DNA from: a virus
Taxonomy: Duplodnaviria; Caudoviricetes
Reading direction: 5' to 3' (one strand)
Length of the DNA: 64,000 nucleotides
IMG/VR virus record: IMGVR_UViG_3300044530_001128
Span: 1,186-65,185 of that record
Made by a program: the position numbers and the translations under genes. Positions 48,538 to 60,138 of the stretch are shown piece by piece; the stretch's first letter is position 1, and the number at the start of each line of letters is the position of its first letter. The notes below the pieces were generated by a model. That model made no database searches, had not been told where the DNA came from, and saw only the letters and a program-made list of their open reading frames with translations.

Positions 48538-49617
48538 CGAGTAAGCGCGGCTTTCCTTTGCGAGGGAGCCGCGCTTAACTTTGCACTCGATTGCAAACCG
48601 GGGACCCCGATGCGGGACATTGTACTCATTTATGCGGGCTCTTTGTGCGGCCACGCGCTTACCACGGTAGCTACGCCCGAAGAGGCTGGCCGGGTATTCG
48701 TGCTAGGCCCCGAGCCGCTCGACATGATCGTCATTGACGAGGTCGGGGACACCCGGGATATCGTTGAGGTTCTCAACCGTCTCCCCAAGGTTCCTGAATT
48801 GTCCCGCATGCCCGAGATCGATGATTACCCGGCATGCATCGAGGACCCCGACCAGCACGAGCGCATCGCGGCTAAGAAGGAGCGAATGCACCATGACGCT
48901 CGACCTTACCACCACAGTCTTCGTATTCGCGGGCATGGCGGCATTAGTGCTGTACGTTTCCGCAACTCTCAAATCTCACAGAAGAGACGTAAAGGGCGTT
49001 AAGGACGACGTAGACGAACTGTCGCACAATTATCTGATGATGGTGCATACAGTCAACGACATTGCCAACAGGAGGACAAGGAATGCGCAACGCACGGAAG
49101 AGACGGGTGGCACGAGCCCAGCGCAAGGTGAGGGCTTCGGCAGCGAGTACCGCGAAACAAGCGCGGATCGCAGAGCGCGTCAAGCGCGCGAACGGCGCAA
49201 GAAAAAGCGCGATCAAGAAGTCGCCAGCGATCCGCAAGCCCCGAGCCAAGAAGGTCGAGGTACAGTAAAGGTAAAGCGTTACCGGCGCGCTATGCGTGTA
49301 GTAACGACCAAAACCAATAGGAGGGTGCCCGATGTCCCTTGAGGATATTGACTACGGTGGTATCGACATCACTGTCCCGCCTCGGGCACCCTACCACATG
49401 GTTGAGCGAGAGGACGGTCGCGTTCTCTTGCTTGACCGCAACAACAACAATTGCGTGAATGGACGCAAGGGCGGGGACCAAAGCTTCCCCGACAAGGACC
49501 TCTGTCTCCGCTGGTGCGAGATACGTCGTCTCAAAGTCGAGACACGGTCGGTTTACTCCGACTAGACAATCTGCATACGATTGCAAATCGAAACTCTAGC
49601 CATTCGGGAGCATCCCT

Positions 49618-49863
49618 ATGAGACGCCTTGTTATGCTTGCCATCGCCGCCACCCTTGGGGCCTGCGCTGCACCCCAGCAGTATTTCACCAAGCCCGGCTT
49701 CGATGAGGCTGCGTTCCAGCGCGACAAGTACGAGTGCAACAAGGACGGTTTCGCCGCTGGCGGGGCGGTCACCATGTACGGGGTGACCCAGCGCACCTTC
49801 AATCGGGAGCTTGCCCTGCAGTGCATGGGCTCGAAGGGCTACAGTCTGGTTACCCGGCCGTGA
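49618..49863 (+). CDS. Small lipoprotein
   Basis: Signal peptide with lipobox LGAC; KPG...F.RD.YEC...CM.SKGY. Confidence 0.75.
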   Translation: MRRLVMLAIAATLGACAAPQQYFTKPGFDEAAFQRDKYECNKDGFAAGGAVTMYGVTQRTFNRELALQCMGSKGYSLVTRP

Positions 49864-50499
49864 CCGACCCGGAAATCACCATCGAGTACGAGGCCACCCA
49901 TCTGCGCGACCGTCGCTACAGTGTCGCGCCCAAGGGTAAGCTCGGCACCATGGGGTGGACGCCGAAGCCGTGGACGGCTGTATTCGTCACGGCCAGCAGC
50001 CCGGTAGACGCACTCAAGCGCGCCGCCAAAGTCAGGGCGAATACCGGGAGGGACTGACATGGCTCTGGCTGTCCCTGTCCCGCTATATCGGGAATTGTTT
50101 CGTCGGACGTACGAGTACCACTTCCCCCTCTCCGACGAAACAATTGTTGACATAGTAAAGACAAAACCGATTTCCCTCCAAGGGGAGGAGGAGGTCCAAC
50201 AGTATATCCTTAATGAAATGGTCACCCGGGCCAAGATGTTCGGCCGTGGCGTGTACGCAGGGCGTGGCCTGTTGTAATGGGGAAGGTCCCTCCGCTAAAG
50301 AAGTACGTGGCCTTGTACGGAGAGCTTGAAATCAAGGTCGAGGCCACGTCTAAGGAGAATGCCCGGGTGAAAGCGGGCATACGGTGGCAGAAGCCCGAAC
50401 GGTCTTGGCCGAAGATCGAGATAATCGAATTGCCCCACTGATCGTTTTGCAATACATTGCAAATCGCCGGGCCAGCAAACCCCCGGGTAGGAGCAATCA

Positions 50500-50751
50500 A
50501 TGACCAAGCATATCATCCGTGAGGGCCTCGCCCTCGTGACCAAAGCGGGCGCGCATGTGTGCGTCGGTGACGAGGTCACCGACTTCCGGGGCGAAAAGGC
50601 CGTGGTGCGGGACGCCACCGCGCCGAAGTCCCCCGCATCCACGGGACGCGTGTACGTCACGGTGCCCGGGGTTACGTCGCAGCAGGGGTACTTCCCCAGC
50701 GTGTACGGCCTCATGTGGGTCAACGGCCCGCGCGCGAAGAGGGCCAAGTAA
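50500..50751 (+). CDS. Hypothetical early protein
   Basis: Leader hairpin plus AGGAGCAA RBS. Confidence 0.7.
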   Translation: MTKHIIREGLALVTKAGAHVCVGDEVTDFRGEKAVVRDATAPKSPASTGRVYVTVPGVTSQQGYFPSVYGLMWVNGPRAKRAK

Positions 50752-51146
50752 TGGCTACCGTATCGCACCAGATCGCTGTCGCCGCCGTCGCGCTTCGCTC
50801 CTGTCAGCAGCGCGATATCGCCAACCCCGAATGGGAGGACCGTTGGGACGAACGACTGACGGCCATCGCCAAGAACGCGCTCCCCCGCGGCTCGGGCTTT
50901 GACTCGGGCACGAAGATCGTGGCGGAGAAATGCACCGAAGAGAAACTGGTGCTGACCACGGCCTTTCATCACATGGATACGAACGGGTTCTACGATGGCT
51001 GGACCGAACACACGGTGACGGTGACGCCGTCCTTCATCGGGGGCTTCAACATCAAGGTGTCGGGCCGGGACCGGAACAACATCAAGGACTACATCGCGGA
51101 GACGCTGCGTCATGCGCTTGACCAGCCCTACGAGTGGCCCGTCTGA
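50751..51146 (+). CDS. Conserved phage hypothetical protein
   Basis: LPRGSGFDSG...FHHMD.NGFYDGWT motif; TAATG coupling. Confidence 0.7.
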   Translation: MATVSHQIAVAAVALRSCQQRDIANPEWEDRWDERLTAIAKNALPRGSGFDSGTKIVAEKCTEEKLVLTTAFHHMDTNGFYDGWTEHTVTVTPSFIGGFNIKVSGRDRNNIKDYIAETLRHALDQPYEWPV

Positions 51147-51458
51147 TGGCCGCTAACAGCTACGACGACATCCGTGTCCGCGACCGGGTGACGTACAGAA
51201 CTCCGCATGGGCAGACCAACACCGGTACTGCCATGATGTACGGCACCCACGGATGGGTGTTGGATCGGGGCAACGGCCAGCCGGTTGTTGTCAGCGAGGA
51301 GAACTTCATCAGCATGCGCCGCGCTCGCGCTCGCAAGAAGGACAACATCGGACAGTTCCTCTTCGGTAAGCCGAAGTAAGTAAACCACCTATTGCCCGGG
51401 GCAGTCGTCCCGGGCAATATGCTTTTGCCGGTCCAGCAACCGGTGTAACGGAGCAAAC

Positions 51459-51872
51459 ATGCAAGTCCTGAAACAAGCGACGAGGTGGGCGGTCGCACGC
51501 CTGCACAAGAGCCAGCAAGAGCAGTTCTACACCGGCCGGGCCGGGGAGAATTGGCTGTCCCCTTCGCGAGGCGATGCGTTCGTCTACACGTTGGAGGGTG
51601 CGGGCAACAAGGTAATCGCCTTTACGGCGATGTACCCGGAGGAGACTTTCATCGCTCTGCCGCTGCCGCCGGTAGTGTCGCTGGCGTTCGACCAGCGCGA
51701 GTTGCGGATCATCCAGTCTGCGCTGCGCGCCGTCGCCCCCACTGGTGGCGGGTCGGCACCCCACTCGCTTGAGCGCGCGATTGCGGATGCAACTCAGGTG
51801 TCAGCCGACGATAATCTCGTTGCGACGTACTGCAATACGGTCGTTGACGAATACAAGGAGAGCCTGACATGA
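51459..51872 (+). CDS. Hypothetical early protein
   Basis: Cassette leader with GGAGCAA RBS. Confidence 0.65.
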   Translation: MQVLKQATRWAVARLHKSQQEQFYTGRAGENWLSPSRGDAFVYTLEGAGNKVIAFTAMYPEETFIALPLPPVVSLAFDQRELRIIQSALRAVAPTGGGSAPHSLERAIADATQVSADDNLVATYCNTVVDEYKESLT

Positions 51873-52073
51873 CGATCATCACCGGAGAAGAGAACACCCG
51901 GATTGTCCAGATGATGGCCGCACGCGGTGCCATCAAGCTGGAGGCCCTCGGCATGAAGCGCCGGGGCAAGTCGGCTACTTCCCTCTGGAAGAAGCACCTC
52001 GGGGTCACGGGCAACCGCGACGCCGTGTTGAAGGAACTCGACGCGCGCATCGAAGCGGCGAAGGAGGCACGCA

Positions 52074-52448
52074 ATGCCCGCTGATCCGAAAGTCGTACTC
52101 AACATGTACGGCGTCTCCCGCGAAGCCCTCAAGACGGCCGTCGAGGAGAACCTCGAAGCCATGATCTCCCGGGAGCCAGCCAAGATGCTGGCTCTCTCCA
52201 TGCTCTCCGACGCGCAGGAGTTAATGCAGCAGCAGATGGTGCCGGGGGACCACATCGACAAGGCCCGGCAGATGATCAACCGGGCCAAGTACGTCCTCGA
52301 CACCCACACGATGGAGAAGCACAACCCCGCCCACTCGCTCTTGAAGCAGTTGGTCGAAGCGCTTCCCGATCCTGACGGCCAGAGCGCGCTGTACCGCTCC
52401 CTCTGGGAGTCGGTGCAAGACTACAAAGCCACCCACATCGAGGAGTAG
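52074..52448 (+). CDS. Hypothetical protein
   Basis: RBS AGGAGG. Confidence 0.65.
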   Translation: MPADPKVVLNMYGVSREALKTAVEENLEAMISREPAKMLALSMLSDAQELMQQQMVPGDHIDKARQMINRAKYVLDTHTMEKHNPAHSLLKQLVEALPDPDGQSALYRSLWESVQDYKATHIEE

Positions 52449-52853
52449 CAATGCGTACCAAGTCATCGTTCGTCACGGCTTACGAACAGGCGCTCAAGGA
52501 AATGTATCCTTGGGCGCGGGAGGACCCAGAAAAGTTAGCCCGGTTTATGATGTCGGTCCGGGCGACCGTGTTCCAGAACCACAGTACGTGGAACACGTCG
52601 GGGTCCGCCGTCGAGAACGCGTGGAAGGCCATCGGCGGGCCGGGCAAGTTCAGCCTCAAGAAGTTGCGATCCCTTCCCCACGACTAAGGAATTCGTGCCA
52701 TGCTCACTCGTGCGCGGGTTTCCGCCATATATGAAATAGCTGTCATCCCCTCACCTAGCGGGGATGACATGCTGGATGGCCTCATATACGCGTGTCGCGA
52801 GTACCTTCGCAATGAAGGTATCCGCGTAGCCGTACAAGACAAGGAGCAACCGA

Positions 52854-53297
52854 ATGATAAGTCCGTTCGACCCACGACACCGGCCGGATGACCAGACCTT
52901 CACGTTCATAGCCCCGGACTTCGCCGGGGTGTTCTGCGTCAGCCTTATGGCGCGTGAATTGTTGGAACGCTTCCCGGTGGAAATGGAAGGCATCCTCTGC
53001 GAAGCGCCGCTGGAGGAAAGCCTCGTCCAGCACATCGTGGATCACAACGGGGTGGAGGAGCCCCGGGTAGCCCGGCTCATCCCGGAGTACCGGGACAAGC
53101 CCTGCCTTGTTGCCGACTTCGAAGGTAAGCATGTACTTATCGATGGCAACCATCGAATGGTGCGCCTGTGGCGTGACGGCATCCGCGTCGTCAAGTTCTA
53201 CTACCTGCCCCGCGCGATATGGCAGGACTACCTGATGGACGTGCATCCCGACACTGTGCGGCGTGCGGGGTTGCTGGGGCACTCTGGGGTGAAATGA
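52854..53297 (+). CDS. ParB/sulfiredoxin N-terminal-like domain protein
   Basis: PCLV...HVLIDGNHRMVR motif; RBS AGGAGCAA. Confidence 0.7.
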   Translation: MISPFDPRHRPDDQTFTFIAPDFAGVFCVSLMARELLERFPVEMEGILCEAPLEESLVQHIVDHNGVEEPRVARLIPEYRDKPCLVADFEGKHVLIDGNHRMVRLWRDGIRVVKFYYLPRAIWQDYLMDVHPDTVRRAGLLGHSGVK

Positions 53298-53374
53298 ACT
53301 CCCCGGTTTGCAACCGAGTGCAAACCGGGTACCTTACTCGTGCCGGGGCTTTTCCCGGGAATAGGAGCAATGCG

Positions 53375-53767
53375 ATGTCAAGTCTCGAAAGCATGGGCAG
53401 CACGGAGTTCTCTGGCGAGGACGATGAGGGCCTTCGTCCCGACCCCGTCCCGACGTGGTGGTCGGTCGCCGTCTTCATGGTGGATCGCGCCTACGGCGGA
53501 CCCGAAGAGGGCGGCTGGTGGTACGACTACGGCTACCCGGTCAATGACGCGGAAATGGCCCCGCTCCTGCGCGTGTTCGGAGCAGCGAACGGCGGCGAGG
53601 AAGCCGCCCGCACCTACCGCAACGAGTTGCAGGCCAAGCTCGACGCCGAAATGAATGTGGGCCGGGTCGACATAGGCAGCGTCCTTAGCGACGGTGTCTA
53701 TCGGGCGGTAGTCACCGACGACGACTACCCCAAGGCGTACCCCTCCGAACGCCCGCGTTTCGAGTAG
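53375..53767 (+). CDS. Conserved phage hypothetical protein
   Basis: DRAYGGPEEGGWWYD.G...P..RP.FE motif; cassette leader. Confidence 0.7.
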   Translation: MSSLESMGSTEFSGEDDEGLRPDPVPTWWSVAVFMVDRAYGGPEEGGWWYDYGYPVNDAEMAPLLRVFGAANGGEEAARTYRNELQAKLDAEMNVGRVDIGSVLSDGVYRAVVTDDDYPKAYPSERPRFE

Positions 53768-53776
53768 GGGCCGAGC

Positions 53777-54160
53777 ATGAACACGCGATACAAGCTCGAC
53801 CGCGCCATCGAGAACCTGCGAGACGTGTACTCGTCCGCCAAGCACTTTGGCCCGACGCACGCTAAGTTGCTTGATGACGTTGCCGCCATCCGCACCAAGT
53901 ACCTCGCCCAAGCCCCCCGCTGGGCTTGGGGGGAATTCCGGGGCTACGAGCGGGCACTGTCCGACGGCCTGTACCAGTACAGCCTCGTGTTCGGGGGCTT
54001 CTTCGAGGACAGGACGTTCTACTCGACACACAGTAGCCGCCCGGACTATTACGGGACACACGGCATCGAACCCAGCGAATGGGCCGACGACGGACGAGTT
54101 ACGAAGAAAGGGCACTACTGGATCATCCGGGGAGAGCCCAAGCCCTTCTTCGTCAAGTAG
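53777..54160 (+). CDS. Hypothetical protein
   Basis: ORF in the early cluster. Confidence 0.6.
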   Translation: MNTRYKLDRAIENLRDVYSSAKHFGPTHAKLLDDVAAIRTKYLAQAPRWAWGEFRGYERALSDGLYQYSLVFGGFFEDRTFYSTHSSRPDYYGTHGIEPSEWADDGRVTKKGHYWIIRGEPKPFFVK

Positions 54161-54230
54161 TTACTGCCCCCGACTGCGTAGCACAGGCCGCAGTCGGGGT
54201 TTCCCTCAACGCCTGATGCAGGAGGTCGAT

Positions 54231-54464
54231 ATGGCATTGAAGTCAACCGGGGCCAAGCCCGCTGCTACCAAGGCTGGCGCAGCCGGGTTCGAAGCGGAGT
54301 ACACGCTCTCTCGCGAAACCAAGGGCACGTTCGTGTTCGAACGCGATGGCCTCACGAAGGAGACTCGGTTCTCCGGATCGAACAGCATCTATCTCCAGAA
54401 GGCCGACTATCCGGACGGCCCGCCGAAGAACCGGATGCGCGTGATCCACGAATTCATCGACTGA
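54231..54464 (+). CDS. Small protein with K/A-rich N-terminus, possibly DNA-binding
   Basis: RBS AGGAGG; MALKSTGAKPAATKA...RETKGTFVF...SIYLQK. Confidence 0.65.
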   Translation: MALKSTGAKPAATKAGAAGFEAEYTLSRETKGTFVFERDGLTKETRFSGSNSIYLQKADYPDGPPKNRMRVIHEFID

Positions 54465-55088
54465 TCGTCGATCACCGGCTAGCCCCGCTATCGAAAGGTA
54501 GCGGGGCTACAGCCAGTAAGGAGGGACAGTATATGCGCTACAGGGTGGAAGTTCTCGTGAAGGTGTACGACATCAAGCGAGGCGAGACGGAAGTTTGGCA
54601 GGCCCTGCACCCCACAGGAGGTGAGCCCTATTCGTGGGGCACCCGGCGCGAAGCCGAGACTATGATGAACATGTGCTACCCGAGCCACAAGGACAAGGCC
54701 CGGGTCGTGGAGATAGCGCAATAGGCATTTTGCAATCGCGTGCAAAACAGCCCCGAGACAAGTAACCCGACCTCGCGGCGCTGATGGGGATCGGGCTATA
54801 ATGCCCCTGCCGGGAACGTCCCCGGGATAGGAGCAACCAGTTAATGATCGATGACGAACTGCGGCACGACCTCACCGACAAGTTGGACGACGAGCAAATT
54901 GCTCTGATGAATGACGCCCTTGCGCGTCCGTGCATCGTTGCCATCTTGGAGGCGCTGGTAGGTGCCGCCCTGCATCCCCACCAAGGGCAGTCCGGGGGCG
55001 AAGGGCAGATCAGCTTCAATCTCCAAATCGGGGACGACGTGGTGTCCGTCACGCTCGACCATATCTCGACCTAAGAAGGAGCAACCCA

Positions 55089-55367
55089 ATGTCAACGCCA
55101 ACCAGCCCCGAGAACCTGCAGCGCATCAACGCGTATTTCGAGGCGCAGTCAGAGTTCTTCGGCATGCTCGCCGGACGATGGGCCGATGAGCGCGAGTACG
55201 AGGACATCGCGGACTACCAGAAGGTACTCCAGCGGGACGCGCCCGAGGGCTTCACGATCACCGGCATGGTGAAGCGCCCGTTCGGGTTCCAGTTCACCAT
55301 CGGCACGGATGCCGTGTACGCGATCAAGTGCACGTCGCGCACCGTCTCGTGGTCGCGGGTGCGCTAG
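55089..55367 (+). CDS. Hypothetical protein
   Basis: RBS AAGGAGCAA. Confidence 0.65.
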   Translation: MSTPTSPENLQRINAYFEAQSEFFGMLAGRWADEREYEDIADYQKVLQRDAPEGFTITGMVKRPFGFQFTIGTDAVYAIKCTSRTVSWSRVR

Positions 55368-56070
55368 ACAGTATCGCGGCCCTTTTCCCGATGGAGGGGG
55401 CCGCGCTATACTCCAAGCCCGGGGCCAGCACCCCGCACACAACGGAGCAATGTCATGTCTTTCCCGGTCGTCTACCTGCACCATGAAACCCTCGATAAGC
55501 ACGAGGGCGGGGCCATCCATGTCTACAAGTGCATGAGCCCCCTCACCGACTACCAGACGGTATGGAGTTACCGGATCACCTGCATCGGCTCCCACGGCGA
55601 GACGTACTCGATGAACGAGTTCTGCGCGCATATGTACGGGTCGGTGACGGAAGCCGAAGCGGCTGCGATGAAGTACGCCCGCAACCACGCAACCTCGATA
55701 TAGGGGCGATGCGATGGTAACGATCAAGAAGGAACTCGTCTCCTACGCCGAGTTCCCCGAGTTCGCGCTCAGCGCGTGCAACGGGCAGACGGTGTTGAAT
55801 CACATCAACAACGGAAGTCTCTCCAAGTTGTACTGGTCGGACTGCGCCGTGATGGGCCTCGGCGGCTCGACCTTCACGGACGAGAACGAGTTCAACGGGT
55901 GGCTTGGGGCCACCCTGCGGGCGCATGTCGAAGAGCCCGACGCCGGGGCGTCCGAGTTCGTCATCCTCGACCCTGCCAAGCAGATGGTCACCATTCTCAC
56001 CATCGACAACGAGGAGTAATCCGGGGTAAACTCTTCCTGCGGGCCAGCACCCGCTTATAGGAGCAATGCA

Positions 56071-56433
56071 ATGGCACAAGGTATCGAGTTCACGTTCACG
56101 AACGCCGACGACGAGGAAGAGGTCGTCACCCTCCCCTCCAAGTGGTGCATCTGCGGCGGGTGCAATGGAGACGGTACGTCTTCCGCGTACCTCGGGGCGA
56201 TCACCATGTCTGATCGCGAGCCCGGGGGCTCGTGGGAAGACCCGGACGAATTTCGGGACTACATGTCCGGGGCCTACGACCGCGAGTGCGAGCGCTGCAT
56301 CGGCACCGGCAAAGTCCGCGTCGTTGACGAGGAGTGCTGCAATCCGGTACACCTCAAGGCGTACAACGACCACCTCGAAGAAGAGCGCGACTACGAGCGC
56401 ATGTGCGAAGCCGAGCGGAGGGCCGGGGCATGA
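56071..56433 (+). CDS. Zn-finger (CxxCxGxG x2) phage protein
   Basis: CGGCNGDG...SGAYD..CERCIGTG. Confidence 0.7.
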   Translation: MAQGIEFTFTNADDEEEVVTLPSKWCICGGCNGDGTSSAYLGAITMSDREPGGSWEDPDEFRDYMSGAYDRECERCIGTGKVRVVDEECCNPVHLKAYNDHLEEERDYERMCEAERRAGA

Positions 56434-56670
56434 GCATCGACCTCAAGCCCGCGCAGGGCTCTCCCGGATGGGAGGTACTTAAGGATAAGTGCCGCGCCGC
56501 CGTCGAGCGCAACGGCGTGGAGGGGGACGCGGAGGATGCGGACAACCTCTACGATGAAGTCTACACGTCGGGCTTCGACGCGCTCCACGACTTGGGCGTT
56601 GACGACTGGACTGCCGGGGAGGTGGCCGCCGAGCTAGCGCGGGACATGGCCCAGCCCTAGAATAGACACG

Positions 56671-56745
56671 CAATACCCCGTATGTCCGGAATGGCATACG
56701 GGGTATTATTCTTTTGCGGGAACGGTCCCGCGAGCAGGAGCAATG
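56671..56745 (+). repeat. Repeated intergenic cassette, copy A (near-identical copy at 58211-58285)
   Basis: AATACCCCGTATGTCCG...CGGGGTATTATT-TTTTGC-hairpin-AGGAGCA present at both loci. Confidence 0.85.
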
Positions 56746-57016
56746 TAATGATCCTCTACCGCGATTACTTTGAAATGAAGCGCATCCTTGCGCCCCTCTT
56801 CAACACCGTCGAAGAAGACCTCTATCTCGATGGGACTGATGTGGTGCGCACGTCCGACGAAGAGGGCAAGACCATCGCGCGTCTCGACGTTGTCGGCACG
56901 GGCAAGGTTCGTGTCTCGTTCATCCTCAACTACAATGAAGACCCCAACCGTCCGGCCGTGGTGATCGACGTGCCGGGGGCCGACTACGAAGCGCACGAAG
57001 GACCCAGGAGGCACTG

Positions 57017-57406
57017 ATGGCCGAGCCCACGTTCGCTGCGACGTTCAACAACACAGTGGACTGTCGCAGGTCCCCGATGCGTGTCTGGTCGCAACTCTAC
57101 GCGGTCAATGCAGATGGAGGATTTCGTATCCCGCAGTACATCAACCTGCCGAACAATGTGCAGGTCCATCGCGACAAGGCGGGGCTCGATGATCCCATGA
57201 CTGCGTTGCGGGGAGCAGCCCGCAACATCCTTTTGTGGAACCCCGCCGTACGCGAGTACATAGACTACACCCACGAGGTTGAAGCTATGTTTCACCTCAT
57301 GCTCTGCCAACAAGAGGGCGAGTACAAGAACCAGCATATGCTGGAGGTGATCGGCCGCTCTTACGGTCGCCATCTGCAGCAGGTGTTCCTGCGCGTCTAC
57401 TACTGA
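57017..57406 (+). CDS. Hypothetical protein
   Basis: RBS AGGAGG; TGATG coupling. Confidence 0.6.
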   Translation: MAEPTFAATFNNTVDCRRSPMRVWSQLYAVNADGGFRIPQYINLPNNVQVHRDKAGLDDPMTALRGAARNILLWNPAVREYIDYTHEVEAMFHLMLCQQEGEYKNQHMLEVIGRSYGRHLQQVFLRVYY

Positions 57407-58287
57407 AAAACCCAATGAAATCAAGGAGTTAGCAACTCTCCGTTTTGCAACCGTGTGCAAACGTCGTACATTACTCGTGCCGGGACCGTCCCCGGGAATA
57501 GGAGCAAAGCATGTTTAATCAGGAGTTCGGTACCCACAAGACGCTGTGCCTCACGCCCAGCGGGAAGTTGGGCATCCGGTTCGACCACCTCGCTGCGGCT
57601 GTCGAGTATGTGCACGCCCGCAACGCCGCCAATCAGTGGAACGTGGTCCGCTGGTTCTCCCCGTCCAAAGCCAGCATGTCGGCCACGCCGATGCTGGAGT
57701 TCACCGCTCGCGCGCCCGAAGACATCGCACTCGTTGCACGGAGGTAGCCATGGCCGACTACTACTCAACCCGTAAGGATGGCGTCGAGTTCTTGAAGAAC
57801 GGACGCTCCCACGAACGCGTGTGGCGTAAGCAAGGCATGTCCTGCCGCGTCTACGAAGCGCACTGTCGCGCCGTCCGGGACGTGCAGTTCCGCCGTGTCA
57901 GGGAGAACCCCTATCCTCCCGGCCGTCGCCATGACACCTACGCGGCTACCATCGCCGCCAGCAAGGAGGGCTAGGCCATGCAGTTCCGTGTCTCCCTCGT
58001 AAAAACCAAAGATGGCCGGGGCACCTTCGCCCTTGTCGATGTAGCATCGTCGGGGGGCTCCTACCGAGGCGCAGGAGTTACCCGGACCTACCACACCGCG
58101 AGCCAGATGGAACGCGCCCGGCGCGAGGCCCGCACCGTTGCCAAGAGGTACTACGACAAGCACAAGACTGCTGTCACCGGCCCGATGCGTATCTGCGACG
58201 TGTAGACTGATAATACCCCGTATGTCCGAAAGGGCTTCCGGGGTATTATTTTTTTGCCGGGACCAATCCCGGGAATAGGAGCATCAA

Positions 58288-58644
58288 ATGGCACAAGATG
58301 ACACCACTCTCGCTATCCTCGACGACCTGAGCAAGTCGGCGTTCGGGTTCCGCGCCCGCAAGTACGACGTGTGGAAGAACATGTCGAACGAGGAAATCGA
58401 CGCCGAGTTCGCGTACTACCAGCGCGAGAGCGACGAGAGCGAGGCCCGGGAAGCCCGCGCGGAGGAGCTTGCCCGCGCCCGCCTCAAGGAACACCTCAAC
58501 GACCTGATGTCCAGCCACGGCATCGACCGCCAGACGGCGATCCGGTGGGCGATGCAGGCAGCAGACTGCGAGAATGACTTCGAACACTTCTGCTGGACGT
58601 GGGGCTTCCTCACCAAGAACACCGACACCAAGGAGACGATCTAA
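58288..58644 (+). CDS. Hypothetical early protein
   Basis: Cassette leader; D.SKSAFGFR.R motif seen in small phage proteins. Confidence 0.7.
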   Translation: MAQDDTTLAILDDLSKSAFGFRARKYDVWKNMSNEEIDAEFAYYQRESDESEAREARAEELARARLKEHLNDLMSSHGIDRQTAIRWAMQAADCENDFEHFCWTWGFLTKNTDTKETI

Positions 58645-58859
58645 TGCGTATCGGGACCTCTAACTTCGTGAACCTCACCAAGGCGTGCGACTACTACCGC
58701 ACGCAGGACGCTGGCTCCTTCACCCCGGCGGGGTTGGAGAGCTACGTCAAGCATTTGGTCGAGCGTGGTGATATCCACCTCGGCAAGCCGGATGTCCCGG
58801 TCGGGGGCAAGTTGCTCCTGATCGACAACAACTGCCGTTACGCAATCGAGGAGTAAGCC

Positions 58860-59282
58860 ATGTCTGTCAAGTTCAAGTGGTACGAGATCACCGAGGCGAT
58901 GTACTCGGATGCGCTCAACGTCCTGCCCCCGATGTTGTGGACGCCATCGCGGGGCTTTCTGGTGATGGAGCCCGTCACCGACCGCAAGTGCACGTTGTCG
59001 GGCAAGTATGTGTGCACCTTCTCCGCGTTCCTGCTGGTCAACGGCAAGTATTACGGCGGTCCCGACCTTACCCGGCAGGAGTTCATCATGCTCAACCCGC
59101 CGGAAGCCGTGAAGGACGCCGTACCGCTGCCGAGTCTGCACGACGCGTTCGACGTGGTGTGTTCGCTCGCGGTGGGGAACCTCGCCCCGCGCGAAATGCT
59201 CGATGAGCGCATGAAGCAGCGGGTGTCGTTGTCCATGATCGACAACCACTACCAGCACGAACTCAAGGCCGGGGGCAAGTAA
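58860..59282 (+). CDS. DUF1419-like protein
   Basis: WYEITEAMYSDALNVLPP...GFLVMEP motif. Confidence 0.55.
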   Translation: MSVKFKWYEITEAMYSDALNVLPPMLWTPSRGFLVMEPVTDRKCTLSGKYVCTFSAFLLVNGKYYGGPDLTRQEFIMLNPPEAVKDAVPLPSLHDAFDVVCSLAVGNLAPREMLDERMKQRVSLSMIDNHYQHELKAGGK

Positions 59283-59605
59283 TGGCTCGCTTCGATCCCC
59301 CTCCCGTGAGCGGCAAGCACGGGGCACCCATGGGCAGGCGCGACAACTTCACCTTTGTCGATAAGAAAGGTAGGTTGTTCGAACTCACCGTGACTGACAA
59401 CGCCCCACCCATGCGCCTCTCCCGTGTTCGCATGAGCGCGGACGGCTGCTATGACAGTGGCGGGGCGTATTGGGGTCAAGGTGACCCGCTCTACTACTAC
59501 GAGAACAGCACCGGCGACATCAACGGCTATGTCCGGGGTAAAACCCGGGAAGCGGCCAAGACCAACGTGAAGGTACTCTACCCCCACGCACGTTTCTATA
59601 GGTGA
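59282..59605 (+). CDS. Conserved phage hypothetical protein
   Basis: HGAPMGR...YDSGGAYWG.G.PLY...R..AK motif. Confidence 0.7.
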   Translation: MARFDPPPVSGKHGAPMGRRDNFTFVDKKGRLFELTVTDNAPPMRLSRVRMSADGCYDSGGAYWGQGDPLYYYENSTGDINGYVRGKTREAAKTNVKVLYPHARFYR

Positions 59606-60138
59606 TTGCCATGAGCAGCTACAACGTCTTCGAGAAGATGCGCGCCAAGAACGAGACGGTGCGCGAATACGCCAAGGCCAACGGCATTCCGCTGGAGTCG
59701 TTGCCCCTCAAGTACAAGCCCGGGGACCGTGTCATCTTCCTCAATGACTACGGCATGCATTGGGGCGAGCGCATCATCAAGGAGTTCGACCCCGGGCGCG
59801 TCGGCGAGTGCTACTTCACCGAACGCACTGACACACCCGGGGAAGCGTGGTGGTGCGCCCATCAAGTCCATACGCTCTACCCGCTCGACCACATGCCCAT
59901 GTTGTTGTGGGCCATCGTCTTCAACAGCGGGTACCGTGACTGGCCTGCCTTCAAGGGCCGGGAGCTTCCCCGCGTTATGATCGATGACTTCCACCAATGG
60001 TGTTGGGAGCGGGGCATCGCAGCACGACGGGTTGCCGAGGAGTACGGCATCGCGCTACAGTTCGACATCAGCACACGCGCCATCTATGGAGAACCCCTAT
60101 GCGATACTTCCTCGCCCATGTATGGGCTAACGTCCTAG
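59602..60138 (+). CDS. Hypothetical protein
   Basis: ORF in the early cluster. Confidence 0.55.
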   Translation: MIAMSSYNVFEKMRAKNETVREYAKANGIPLESLPLKYKPGDRVIFLNDYGMHWGERIIKEFDPGRVGECYFTERTDTPGEAWWCAHQVHTLYPLDHMPMLLWAIVFNSGYRDWPAFKGRELPRVMIDDFHQWCWERGIAARRVAEEYGIALQFDISTRAIYGEPLCDTSSPMYGLTS